Positions 36,801-48,539 are shown, counted from the stretch's first letter. The stretch is DNA of 64,000 nt from Hormiphora californensis (GCA_020137815.1 CM035351.1:4712001-4776000); one strand, 5' to 3'. Translations and numbers: made by a program. The notes: generated from the sequence alone by a model not told the origin.

Positions 36801-39800
36801 ACTGCAGCAAGATGGTTCCCCACCAGCCTCTCTCCCTTCCCCAGGGACGTGGCTCCTGATTGGACTACACTCATTATCTTAGTTAGCAGTGGACTGTCGT
36901 TCAGTAGTTGGATTAGAATCCCATAGCCGGGTGATTTGACCGTTTCCTCAAGATCATTTTCGTTGATTTGGAACTGGTTCAGGATCAGGTGAAATATCTC
37001 TAGGGATGTAGACGCCACTTGCCACTGAAACACATGGGTGGAAAATTAGTAAACGACCATCTGGAGAGAATGGTTAGGGAGAGAGAGGGGGTTGACCATA
37101 TGGAGAGAATGGTTGGGGGGGAGAGGGGGTTGACCATATGGAGAGAATGGTTAGGGGGAGAGGGGGTTGACCATCTGGTGATAATGGTTAGGGGGGAGAG
37201 GGGGTTGACCATATGGAGATAATGGTTGGGGGGGGGGGAGAGGGGGTTGACCATATGGAGAGAATGGTTGTTTATAGACTCTGGTGGGGTCAAAATGAGA
37301 ACAAAAAGTCAGGTTGGAGAACCCGGGCATTGATCCCGGTACCTCTCACATGCTAAGCGAGCGCTCTACCATTTGAGCTAGTCCCCCAGTGAGAAAAAAG
37401 GAAACGGTCAAAAGCAACACAAAAAACGTCCGAATATTTAAACCTATTTTTGGCTTCAAACTAGTAAGACACGGTGTTCCTTAAAGAAACCTCGACTAGA
37501 TTTGCCTTTATCGACCCTCTTTCCATGCGCTCCACACAAATGTAAAGAAGGTTTAAAACATAACAAGACTAGATATATTGTTTCGGAGAGCGGTCCTAGG
37601 TTATGTATTTGTACTAGAAGAGTAAATGTAACCTTACTCTCTGCAGTAGTTCGAACAATAAAAAGTAGAACTTCAATTGCACGCCCGATAATACTTAAGA
37701 CATTCAGGAATATTTTGGAACAGAGATGATGGGAGAGGCTGAAACAAGGACACTGTGTTAGTGTGCAAAAAGTGAGAACAAAAAGTCAGGTTGGAGAACC
37801 CGGGCATTGATCCCGGTACCTCTCACATGCTAAGCGAGCGCTCTACCATTTGAGCTAGTCCCCCTACGATAAAATCCGAAACAGCAAAAAGCTATTCGTA
37901 CACTTGCTCGGTCTATCCGCGGAGGCGGCAAGGGTGATATCGCGCGAAAATTAGAATGCTGACCGTTTAGAAAATATGAGTGAGGCGCTCGCGCGCGGGC
38001 CGATTTTGGAAGAAAGTGAGACAGACGATGAAAGGTCGATGCCCGAAAACTGATATTCTGGATTTGCGTTTCGAAATTTGAATAAGGATTAAGGGTACGC
38101 TAACCAAAAATTTTTTTCGAGTGCAGGGAAATCTCTCACCGCAGGGTTGTAGGCCATGCCAAGGAGACCTCAAATATGCAATTTTAGCCCTCAAGTCGAA
38201 TTCATATTTTTGCTACAGCCGTTTTAAAATCGTCTTGAAAATTTCTGAAAAGACGTTTTTGACACCCTAAAAATACATTTTCAGGGCTAGAAGCTTAAAA
38301 TTATGGGGATTTGAAGGGGATAGGAAGGTTTATCGACACAAAAATTTTTATTAAAATCGGTGATGATTTTCGGTCGTGAGATTGATTTACTTTTTTCCCT
38401 CTTAAAGGCCCTATTTAGCAAAGTTCCGAAAGTTTGTGAAGGCTGTAAATTGGTGAAAAGTTGCGTCCAACGATTATCTAAGTGGCCACAAATTTTTGGC
38501 GTGTCCTTATTTGAGACAAGTTGTACAGAGCTTTTTTTGTGAAAGCCGTTTTTTTAGAAATAAAGAAATAGCTGGTATCTCAAAAACGACTGATTTTAGA
38601 GACCTGAGACCAAGCTTAAACGATTCAGAAGGTCCGATTTTAGGGGGGTCTTCTGAGAGACATTTTTCTCCTACTTCAACGGTTTTTGCTGTAATTGCGA
38701 AAAAGGATTTAGCAAGAAGGTGGAAAAGCAGCACGAAGCAGGCTGTCGGAACTCCTCTTTTGCCCTCTTCAAAGGATTTGTTTTTCGCAATTACAGCGAA
38801 AACCGTTGAAGTAGGAGAAAAATGTCTCTCAGAAGACCCCCCCAAAATCGGACCTTCTGAATCGTTTAAGCTTGGTCTCAGGTCTCTAAAATCAGTCGTT
38901 TTTGAGATACCAGCTATTTCTTTATTTCTAAAAAAACGGCTTTCACAAAAAAAGCTCTGTACAACTTGTCTCAAATAAGGACACGCCAAAAATTTGTGGC
39001 CACTTAGATAATCGTTAGACGCAACTTTTCACTAATTTACAGCCTTCACAAACTTTCGGAACTTTGCTAAATAGGGCCTTTAGGAGGGAAAAAAGTAAAT
39101 CAATCTCACGACCGAAAATCATCACCGATTTTAATAAAAAATTTTGTGTCGATAAACCTTCCTATCCCCTTCAAATCCCCAAAATTTTAAGCTTCTAGCC
39201 CTGAAAATGTATTTTTAGGGTGTCAAAAACGTCTTTTCAGAAATTTTCAAGACGATTTTAAAACGGCTGTAGCAAAAATATGAATTCGACTTGAGGGCTA
39301 AAATTGCATATTTGAGGTCTCCTTGGCATGGCCTACAACCCTGCGGTGAGAGATTTCCCTGCACTCGAAAAAAATTTTTGGTTAGCGTACCCTTAAGGAT
39401 AGCTGAAGACGTCTGACATAGATCAGTCGAAAGCTCCTGTTCTTAATTGAATATTAGTACTGCAAAATCGTTGTTTCTCTTTGATTAAGGATATCGCTTA
39501 AATTCCTTAGACGGAACATAAAACCAGGGATGGATATTATACAATCTAATAATCTTCCTCAAGTGACAAGTCATAAGTGGGAGACAAGTCAATGATACCA
39601 GAGTGAAGACATACGATACAGTAGTATCGGATAGCAGAAAGGGGGAGCTAACAAAATGCAAGGTTATCTGTTATTCAGGTACAACTACATGCCCCCCCCC
39701 CCCCCCCCGGTATAAAATTCAAACTAAATTTCCATATCGTACTGAATGCAAGTACCCAGTAGTTAGTGTATTAACTCGGGTCAAACCATCAAGGAGCAAA

Positions 39801-42800
39801 GACGGTGGAAAATAAGCGTTATCGAAAACAAATTCGCTTTATTGACGGGCCAAAAAGAAGGCAGTTTGTAGAAACTGAGAACAAAAAGTCAGGTTGGAGA
39901 ACCCGGGCATTGATCCCGGTACCTCTCACATGCTAAGCGAGCGCTCTACCATTTGAGCTAGTCCCCCTACGACAAATTCGCAATTTTGGGTTATATATTC
40001 TCTCAACTTACCATTTGGTTGCGGTCGCTGTAAGCCCTGATGTCAAACTTTAAGAAGACAGATTCCTTGATGAAGTTAACATATGGCACTAGGCCAGGCT
40101 GTCTGTAGCCCACACCTAGAGTACCAGGGGCGGCTACGGATAGGAGTCCCTTGAGTAGGTTCAGGAAACCACACGTCTCTGGGTAGTGCTCGTTCCTAGA
40201 CTCTATCTCGTCCAGTTCAGCCTTAGTGAATTGTAATTATTTATCTCCCAATTAATAATTAGAGAGTGAATTGTAATTAATTATCTCCCAATTAATAATT
40301 AGAGAGTGAATTGTAATTATTTATCTCCCAATTAATAATTTATCACATATTACCACAAATTCCATGTTTTTACCTCTATTCCAAGTTTGTTTGATCCCGT
40401 CTGAATGGTTGGTAATATCTGTGTAGCCTCCAACTGTTGCCATAGTAACAAACACAACTCAGGGGTTAGGGCCAAGGTACAGATGCACTCCAGAATAGCC
40501 CCCTTTAGCTGAGGCACCACAGGACAGGAGAGAAGGCCAAAAAGGGTTGGAATTAGATGCCAGGTGCTGTTTTCTGTCATGGTTCCCCTGAGATCCTCGT
40601 CCTGGGACAGGATACCCCGGGAGAGGGAGAGAACGGCAAGGAGGGCCTCTAGTTCTGTTGCTGTTATCTCTGGAACAGTCACATTCTGGTCTACTTTAAC
40701 ACCTGGGGGCGGGTGAATGTGACACTGGGAAGAGTGAGAGAGATATTATGAGAGAATTGTGATCAAGTCTGAAAATGAGAATTGTAATCAAGTCTGATAA
40801 TTTGTAATGTCGGATACAGAAAGGGTTCTTACCGTCATGAATGTGATATTCACTGTTCACTGCGATCACTTTTATAATGTGAGATGATGATGTTGTAATT
40901 GAGGGTGATGATATGAGATCCTGTTCTGACATGTCGTGTGACCCCGTGTGATGTGACCTACCCTCCAATTGATCCTGAATGTGCCACAGATACTGATCAA
41001 GAGACCCAAAGAAGTGATCCCAAGTTACCAGGCCGTTTCCACTTCCATATGTGCTATCTGTTCGAAGGAGGTTGTAACAGTGTCTTGCACTAGAAGGTGT
41101 TCCACTAAGAGCACCCAGAAACCTCAGGTAAGCCACAAAGAGCTCTGGTGTGACCTGCTCTGCTCCTGTTTTTACAAACTTGAACAAACTCTAAAAAGGA
41201 GGGAAGTAGATATTAGGTGAGAATAAGTCAGAAAGATTTTAAAGGACCTTCAACAAATGACTTGTATCTAACCTGTTTAGAGAAGACGGGCATGTCTCGG
41301 GAGGGAGACCCCGGATTCTCTGAACTCCAAAAAGCCTCGCACAACCCCACACTCTCTCCCTCGTACAGGACAGTCAGCCACTCCAAGAGTTTTCCATAGT
41401 CACTGTTGGTGTGATTCTGCTTCGCATCAGCTTGTATCTCCGCCACGCGGAGGGGCAAGAAGGTTAACAGGCCCGTAGCTAGTGTGTGCATCCGACTAAC
41501 ATAGTACTCCTATAATAGAGGAGAGAGAAGTTTGGTTATTGGTCATGTTGGGGTGCCACTACCAGAGTCCAGAAGTCACATCCAACCTTCTCGAAACTAC
41601 CAGGAATTTGAAGAATACCAACCTCCTCGAAGAAGCAGGCTGATTTTAGGAGGGCGTTGGAAAGGAATGTAAGACCGTTGTGTTTGAATGTCCAATCCAG
41701 TAACATATCCTCCTCCCCGAGCAGGCTGTCGACAGAGGCTGAGGAACCTGCACACGCATTAATCGCTACCGCCCAGGCGAGATGGAGAGCCGCCACCAAG
41801 CTTTCACAATCCTTAGACTCCTTACCCGGGTCGGTCAGCTCCTGAAATTGTTGTATTTGTGGGGTGTTTGGAACAGTTTAACATAACTCACAGTACAGTT
41901 GATATTGACACAATACAGTACCTTATGGAATGCTTTGGTAAAGGCTCCATCAGTCATTGGGGAGGTTGAATTCTCGGGAAGGGGCTCTAGATCTATTGAG
42001 TAGAGCAGGGACATGAACAAGGCGGCCGTATCAGCCTCTACCTTCCCTTCCTTGTCCACTGAACAGTTCTTTTTTACGTGGCATAGCACCTGAAACGGGA
42101 ATATTCAGTGGAAACTTAGTGCCCCCAACAATTAACAAAAGGTTTTATGAAGGAGTCGTTTGGAAATCCCAAATTCCGGGATCTGGTAGCCAGGCGACCT
42201 GGCACCCTGCCCCCAGATCTCAGTCCGGGCAAATTGCTCCTGAATAAAACTTTTTATTCCAGACTTCAGCGGAATGAGCGCTTTTGAACTTCAGTAATAA
42301 ATCAGTGATTAAATTTCGGTAAAATTGCAAAAATAACGGTTTGTCTTTGCCTTGTCATCTGTTGCACAGTATCTCAACCCTTTGTACCTTCATAGTATCG
42401 TTGAGAGGAAGAGGATTTTGGCATGTCCACGCAAACACAACCTCAGCAAGGGTGTCCCTGTATTTAGTGATTGCCTCTCGTAACATCAGTCTATGTGTGA
42501 TATCGCCAACAGCGTGACCTTGCTCTAGCTTTTCTAGTTCACCTGTCACATCTGTACGGCGGGGGGGGGGGGGGGGGGGTTGTGTAGTACAGCGGCTAGG
42601 AGAGAGGTTGGGCGGGGTATGAACTATGAAAATCAGGCGGGTTATCAAGGTGGGGGTTTGAGAGTTTGAGACTTATCCAAACAGGGCATGGTCCGGATAA
42701 AAGAACAGAATATAGGAATTTTCATACCAGTGTTAACAAGAACATCCAGTATTTTCTGGACCAGGCCCTCGTTCATCAGGTCAGCTGTGAAGCTGCTGAC

Positions 42801-43686
42801 TGTCTCGATCATGTTGGGTTGAAGGCCAAATGTCCAAGTTCGTCCCTCTCTCATCTGAATGAGCGTCTTGAGACACGCCGCCATGCTGAAACAATGGGCT
42901 TTGTAAGTGTGTCCAACCCGCACTAACTTCCCCATTCCCATATCATATCATCCCATTTTTACAAGAATGCCAGTTGTCCTTACTACCGTATCCACCCCCC
43001 CCCCCCGTTCCTCGCCCCCTAATTACATGATTTCTCACAACACTTTGCCCTCTCCAGCTCCCCCTCAATTCCTATCGGAATTTTCAGTTACCACTGAATA
43101 CCTGCGTTTTCCATCATAGTGTAGGAGGACAGCTAGGAGACCACGGGTCAGGGTGGGGAACCGTGGTAGATGCTCCTCGCCAGCCAACAACAGATCCACA
43201 CAGACCAGCTCATTGAGCTGCAATACGTCGCTCAACAACAGTACCTGTGTTATCATGGTTAACAGGCAGTAGCGGGCAGTAGTAATGTTAACATGGTTAC
43301 CATAGCAACCATAGATGGTAACCAATGTAATCACGGATATAAATCACTAACTGTACCTCCTGTGTAAAGAGCTTGGGGAGTGTTCTGGGGGAGGTATTGC
43401 CAGTGATTACAATTCCCTCGTTTACTGCCTTTACCACCGTTTGTCTATCTCTAACATCCCGCTCCTGTGGAGATATAGAGTAAAAAGAGAGGAAAATAGA
43501 ATCGTGAGAAGTACATCATTAAACACTTACAGGGTTGGTAAAAAGGGCATTAAAGTCTGGTTTATGCTTCTTGAGAAGCACATGCATGTGTTCAGCAGAT
43601 CCAGCCTTGCTCCTCACTACCTCGTCTACTGTGAGGATCAACTCGGACTGAGCTCCCCACAGCCCGGGGAACATTACTGACGTCAT
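24054..43686 (-). CDS. NUP205: Nuclear pore complex protein Nup205, multi-exon; first exon 43686-43531, last recognised exons 31626-31517, 27679-27567, 26363-26193 (approx.), 24442-24377, 24131-24054
   Basis: N-terminus LWGAQ...LLKKHKPDFNALFTNP; internal LSDVLQLNELVCVDLLLAGE, VTWDHFFGSL, LRYLRSTYDFF, YEAKLAFL; C-terminus ENLVYLLWRH and SFTSALVRRLRKL, all matching recalled Nup205 motifs. The junction between the 26.2-kb and 24.4-kb exons is not resolved. Confidence 0.92.
24834..24866 (+). promoter_or_regulatory. Possible TATA box plus Inr-like element
   Basis: TATAAAA at 24834-24840 and CCAGTT at 24861-24866, about 29 nt apart. Confidence 0.4.
24867..25870 (+). CDS. Orphan secreted protein (about 289 aa), 2 exons 24867-25370 and 25505-25870, nested antisense in a NUP205 intron
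   Basis: Signal peptide MFQLLLLLVAAVVQVLDA; phase-0 intron GAG|gtataa...ttccacag|ATC; LPD repeats, acidic/His-rich middle, Lys-rich end, three CxxxC motifs. Confidence 0.85.
26080..26189. mobile_element. MITE family B (Tc1/mariner-like)
   Basis: TIR CAGTC(G/C)GACCCCGATTTACCGG, TA on both sides, internal tandem CCGGTAAGTCGGGGTT; second copy at 30202-30267. Confidence 0.85.
26382..27496. repeat. 13-bp minisatellite GGGGWTGTCAGGA, about 86 units, in a NUP205 intron
   Basis: Uninterrupted tandem array; its three long ORFs are frame-cycling artefacts. Confidence 0.98.
28133..28239 (-). mobile_element. MITE family A, inverted copy
   Basis: Reverse complement of family A; flanked by a 38-bp duplication (28081-28118 and 28236-28273). 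Confidence 0.9.
28484..31345 (+). CDS. Ser/Pro-rich disordered protein with C-terminal thioredoxin domain (WCGPW), nested antisense in a NUP205 intron. Exons: about 28484-30192 (1-nt frameshift near 29830), 30414-30470, 30667-30779, 31076-31345
   Basis: Phase-consistent exons give RITEINSMMEFHRALNAAGDMLVVVIYTARWCGPWRVMRP...FFYEVDVDDNEDL...CMPTFQFFK, a thioredoxin fold. Start codon uncertain. Confidence 0.85.
30202..30267. mobile_element. MITE family B, second copy
   Basis: CAGTCGGACCCCGATTTACCGGG ... CCCGGTAAATCGGGGTCCGAC. Confidence 0.8.
33082..33245. repeat. 22-bp tandem repeat spanning a NUP205 splice donor
   Basis: GT(A/G)CCTGTTTGGTTGCTACAAT, about 7 copies. Confidence 0.9.
33607..33752. 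repeat. 38-bp tandem repeat, 4 copies, spanning a NUP205 splice acceptor
   Basis: GGGACAGGATCTGAAATGTTACATGTTAGA at exact 38-nt spacing. Confidence 0.9.
37056..37270. repeat. About 35-bp minisatellite (GGGGTTGACCATATGGAGAGAATGGTT...)
   Basis: About 6 degenerate tandem units. Confidence 0.85.
37315..37387 (-). tRNA. tRNA-Ala(AGC), copy 1
   Basis: GGGGGACTAGCTCAAATGGTAGAGCGCTCGCTTAGCATGTGAGAGGTACCGGGATCAATGCCCGGGTTCTCCA folds as a cloverleaf with G3-U70 and anticodon AGC; T5 terminator in the trailer. Confidence 0.95.
37792..37864 (-). tRNA. tRNA-Ala(AGC), copy 2
   Basis: Identical to copy 1, with the same trailer. Confidence 0.95.
38093..39392. mobile_element. 1.3-kb foldback non-autonomous DNA transposon (Kolobok-like termini)
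   Basis: 612-bp nearly perfect arms (38093-38704 and 38781-39392), 76-nt spacer, TTAA on both sides, GG...CC termini. Confidence 0.9.
39393..39446 (+). ncRNA. Minimal type I hammerhead ribozyme motif (Penelope-like)
   Basis: Stem I TTAAGGATAG/CTGTTCTTAA (10 bp, two G-U); core CTGAAGA; stem II G-T-CTGA/TCAG-T-C; GAAA-GC-TC with predicted cleavage after 39436. Confidence 0.7.
39895..39967 (-). tRNA. tRNA-Ala(AGC), copy 3
   Basis: Identical to copies 1 and 2; begins 44 nt inside the NUP205 intron from its donor. Confidence 0.95.
40225..40340. repeat. About 40-bp tandem repeat, 3 copies, in a NUP205 intron
   Basis: AGTGAATTGTAATTAWTTATCTCCCAATTAATAATT repeated three times. Confidence 0.9.
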
Positions 43687-44006
43687 AATGTTCTAAGAAA
43701 TGGGGAAAGGTTTAGGAAACAAGTAAAATACTTGGCAAATTGGAAAACATTGTAAAATCCAATATCACCGTTTATACTGTCGCGAAAATTCTCGGAATTC
43801 TCTCTATTTACCACTAATATTTACCCATTTTAGGCTAAACAACTAGTACTTTCTTCTAGGAACTCTACCACCCACAAATCAATCCATTGATTGCAGGATC
43901 AGTCAGTATCTGTCTGCACGTGCTGTAGTGAAGATCTCCTACCTGACCTAGTACCTTAGTAACACTGCTTGTACCCTTTAATTCTGCACGTGCAATCAAT
44001 TTCGTT

Positions 44007-46780
44007 ATGCCTGAACACCCTTGTTCCACCTCTGGTTCTGCTCTTCCTGCCGTGTCTAGCACCAGGAAACGGCCTAGCGATCACATTCTACTTGACTATC
44101 CGATATCTGAGGAGACTTTTGTCACCAATCGCTACTCCTTCTACCATGATTTGGGAAGTGGTGCTTATGGATCCGTCAAATACGCAAAATGTGTGAAGAA
44201 CGGCCAGCCGTACGCCATTAAACTGATTTATAAGACCAAAGTGCCCAAAGATTATCTGAGAAAGTTTGTCCCTCGTGAAGTTGATGCTTTGAAGCGTCTC
44301 TCTGTGTTCGACCACCCCAACATTTGTCAGATGAGGGAATTTTTTGAGACATCTCAGAGGCTCTACCTGGTAAGTTAGGTGTCTAATTAACGGGTTGCTG
44401 GTTCTATCAATTCCTGGATGAGAAATCGAAAATGGGTTATGACTTATGTTCTTCTTTCTAACAATTACCTTCCTTCTAGGTGGTATCACTTGCTCGAGGC
44501 GGTGATCTTCTCACCTATATAAACCAACGGAAATTCCTCTCCGAAGATACTTCCCAGCGTATGATGGCGGAGTTGTTGTGTGCTCTGGACCACATCCATG
44601 ATATCGGAATTGTACACCGAGACCTGAAATGTGAGAACCTACTTATCGGACACAATGACCAGTTGATGGTATCTGATTTCGGGTTTGCCTGTCCCATGCC
44701 AACTAATCGCCTTCTGACTACGTTCTGCGGTTCCTATGCTTACGCTGCCCCTGAGCTTCTTGATGGAAAGAGCTACGATGGTCGGTGTACTGATGTTTGG
44801 AGTACCGGTATCATTATGTACGCCATGTTAAATGGGAAGCTACCATATGTTGACACCAAACCCAAGAATGTCCTGGAAAAGATAAAACACAAACCCCTGG
44901 TAATGACCAGAAATGTCTCCTCTACCTGCGAGAATTTCCTCCGGAAGATCCTAATTCTGGACCGATATGAGAGGCCCACGGTGACCGAGCTTCTAACTGA
45001 AAAGTGGATGGAGGTCCCTGTTAGGATGATCAAAGAAAGCCTTCCATCTACTTTGTGGCCTACCTGTATCCGTCGAAAACTTGTTGTCCGACCTGATGTG
45101 AAGGAAAAAGAAAAGATTGTCGCGACTCTTGCCTCCACCAGGGATGTTCCTCCACCTCCAGCAGTGCACACTCAGGTAAGATGTCAATCATAGTTACTTT
45201 GTGATATTTGTCAGCCTCTATCCTCTTCACAACATTACCCGATTCCAACTTAACCCGACTCCCATCCACCAGGTGGCAAAGACTGCTAAGGAAGTTGCTG
45301 CCCCAACTGCGACCTCCCAAAAAACTACCTCTACAATCTCTGAACGGGTCAAAATGAAGTACCTGAAATTAAAGAGTGATATGAAGAAATGGGCGAATCG
45401 TGGCAGGTCGGAACGATCAGAGAGACCGAAAAGACCGGAACCCGCTGCACAACCGACATCACTGAAAACAAGCAAACCTTATAAAGCCAATAGCAGATCC
45501 CCAACTGAACGCACTGACCGTAGCCCATCCAAAAAGGTGAGTGTTTCAAAATTTATAAACTTACTGGTTCGTATTCAGTAATCAGTGCGTTCCCATTATC
45601 AAGTTACGTGTAAAATATAACTAACGGTTCTCTTTTTTCAAGGTGTTTATTGATCTGACCAGTGCAACTCGAGCCACCAGTGCCCTTCAAACGAGAACAA
45701 CAAGCATCAAGAAATCCTCTGATCAGCGGACTGCCAGCCAACAGCGGGCTACTAGCTGTTCACCCACCAAACAGCGCCCTAGCCAAGATACTAGCCGCCG
45801 TAGTAGCCAGGCATCTAGTCGCCGTAGCAGCCAAGATTCAGGCATTCGTAGCAGTCAAGACTCGGTCCGCCGTACTCCCAAAGCCACGGAGCCAAACCGT
45901 CGCACCAGCCAGAAGACTAAACAACACATGCACATGGAAATTATTCCACAAGCGATGCAGGTTAGTAACAGGAATATTTCTTTTTCCATTTCTTTCTCAG
46001 TTTCTTTCAAAGCTAAAAAATTTCATTGTTTTTGTTCCACTAACATTCTTACATTTTCAGAGAGCACGCAAAACCAAAGAAGTATCAGCACAAAGAATAA
46101 ACCGAGATAAAGTTAGCCGGGCTAGTGTTGAATCCACCCGAGAGAACAAGAAGGTTTACAAACCTCAAAACTATACTACGACTAGTAAACCCCCACGACC
46201 CCAAAATGGACGTGTAACAGAAAGACCAACAGAAAGACCCCGAAAAACCAATGACCGGGCGAGTCTTAGCAGTGGTAGACGTCCCTCGCAAGAAAAGAGA
46301 CAAAGTAGCGGTAGAACCTCAGTGCCGCACCCTGCACCAGATGATTACTTCCGCCGATTTAGTGCCGGCGATGCAGGTGTGTATTTTTTGAACATCTCCC
46401 TCGCTGTTCATAGCTCCCTCTTGTTCAATACTAATTGCAATACAACAGGATCTTGTTAACACTCAATCCACTAACAAAATCTTCCTTTCTCAGAAATGAT
46501 AATTGGCCGAGAGCACCTTGCAAAATACCTTATTGACTACCCTGGCGCTCCCGAGAAAAAGGAGTCCCGAGCCCTCCCTCCCCTTCCGGGAACACCAGAA
46601 GACAAGAAGATGAAGGCTAGTAATGGGGGCAAACTTGAAGTTGAGCCTTTAGAACCGAACGTGAGGTTCATCAGTGTCCAGGCAACCCGGCCTGCGAGTT
46701 ATGCTAGCCGTGCGAGGAAGAGTAACGACTACAAAGCTCCCGTTATGACGTCACTAGCAACAGTTGACACTTTCAAGTGA
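44007..46780 (+). CDS. Testis-specific serine kinase (TSSK)-like CAMK-group kinase with a long basic Ser/Arg-rich tail; exons approx. 44007-44369, 44480-45175, 45272-45536, 45643-45960, 46061-46377, 46494-46780
   Basis: LGSGAYGSV, AIK, DYLRKFVPRE, HRDLKCENLL, DFGFA, TFCGSYAYAAPE, DVWS; KFxPRE, LKCENLL and TFCGSxAYAAPE are TSSK-type motifs. Confidence 0.88.
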
Positions 46781-47355
46781 TGGAGATGAGGGACGATGAA
46801 GTCCGGTAATACACAAACCTAACTGTTATGACGAAAATACGATGAATGAAAGAAGAAGTTGATAAGTACAGTTGGTGATAGAGTTCGTCGCAAAACAATT
46901 GAAGCGAAAGCTAAAGCTAAAGACACACGAAAAGAGACACGCCACGAGACAGTGACCAGCCAGGCGCTGTTGATATTTTGATTTCGTTTGTACAAAAATT
47001 ATAAAAGTAGCAAATAAAAGTGTTTTTAGTGTTCCAATCAATTCGAGATTAAAACGTGCTGAACTGCTAGATTCGATCGTTATAATATAACGAAATACTC
47101 TTACTATGTAATGTCACACTGTTATCTGGAACAGAGGAGGGAGAGTCATTACCCTCTTGGACCATTGGCCAGGCCAATTTAACAAAAAATCATTTTCTGG
47201 TCTCATCGCGACCCGTGAAACATTCAAAGACGTCCAGGAGCCCCCCAGAAAACTCACAGGAAGTACAAAGGCGCCTCGCCACAGCATAAGAGGACAGAAC
47301 TACTGATAACAGCTGTTATTCACAAGGTGATACTGGTGTGTCTCCTACTCTGGGT

Positions 47356-47525
47356 CAGGGGCGGCTCTGCCATGCGGACGATGCGGACGCATCCGCATTT
47401 TTACTTTGGATCACTGAGAGAAAAAGAAAAAATTCAAGGAAAAGGGTCAATTTTTCTCAAAATTTGATGTTTTGAATGAGATTATTAGTGAAATCCGGGC
47501 GGCTGAAAGCCACGCACCGCCCCTG
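47356..47525. mobile_element. 170-bp hAT-like MITE
   Basis: TIR CAGGGGCGG/CCGCCCCTG; 8-bp target duplication CTCTGGGT. Confidence 0.85.
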
Positions 47526-48539
47526 CTCTGGGTATCTCTCTGAATCACAAAAAAATTATTCGGTGACTCTCCCGCTACAACAACAAGTTGAACAATAACT
47601 AGGTGGGCTGAGGGGTGTCTTCTGTATGTCTTCTGTATATCGATAAACTAATTAATAATCAAAATGTACATTTAACATCTCGCTTTGTTCATCCTGAAGT
47701 CGTGTAGTAAGTAGTTCCCTTTGTGTACAGGCGTCAGCTCCTCATAGAGCCCAGTGAAGAATTCAGTTATCATTCTGTCGAGTATATCCATTATCCAATC
47801 ACAGTAGGATGGTCTGAGTCCTGAGAGTCTGAGTCCTGAAGGTCTCTGGAGGCCTTTGAACTTTTTCACGGGTCGGTATTAACCAAATTTCATGAATTCC
47901 TCGGTCCTCAATTTTAAACCAAACGGTTCGCATATGCTACAGGCCCCTCTATGAGGATGGGGGCCCCGTGCCGCTACAGCGCATTCAAAACCAAACGGAG
48001 AGTTCCCCAACACCGATTGGCATCGCTTTCCAACAGCCGAAGAGAAGCTGCCGAAGAGAGAAAGGGGGTAACCATATGAAGAGTTATACAAATACAAATA
48101 CAAATACAAATATACATTTATTGTCCGCTTTTCATTGTCCATATTTTAAAGAACAACACGAGTTCTGTTAGGTCTTGACTACTTGCATCACTTGGTGCGG
48201 ACTTCGTCTCACTAACTCTCGTTTCAAAAGCGGTTAGTTCTATACCAAGGATTTCCAATTATTATTGCAAGATGGTATTTTTCTGAAGGTAGGTCTTGTT
48301 AGTTAAACAACATTTAAATCGGATGATGAAATATACTGTCTCTGCTTACTGCAGATTGATAAAATATGCTCTTGGATCTAGGGATCCAGAAATAAATACT
48401 TTAGCACCAGGGCTTTAGCCCTTAAACAATCGATACTGTCTTATACAACCTGGGTGAGGACTGAGGATCCAACTACTTCAACTGTAGGAGAACCAAGGAG
48501 CGGAGTAGAAGTCATACTCGCTGTAGCCTGCATCTCACC

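Noticed and set aside
38496-38989. Mirror-image 160-aa ORFs on both strands
   Set aside because: A consequence of the palindrome; non-ATG starts and no transposase motifs
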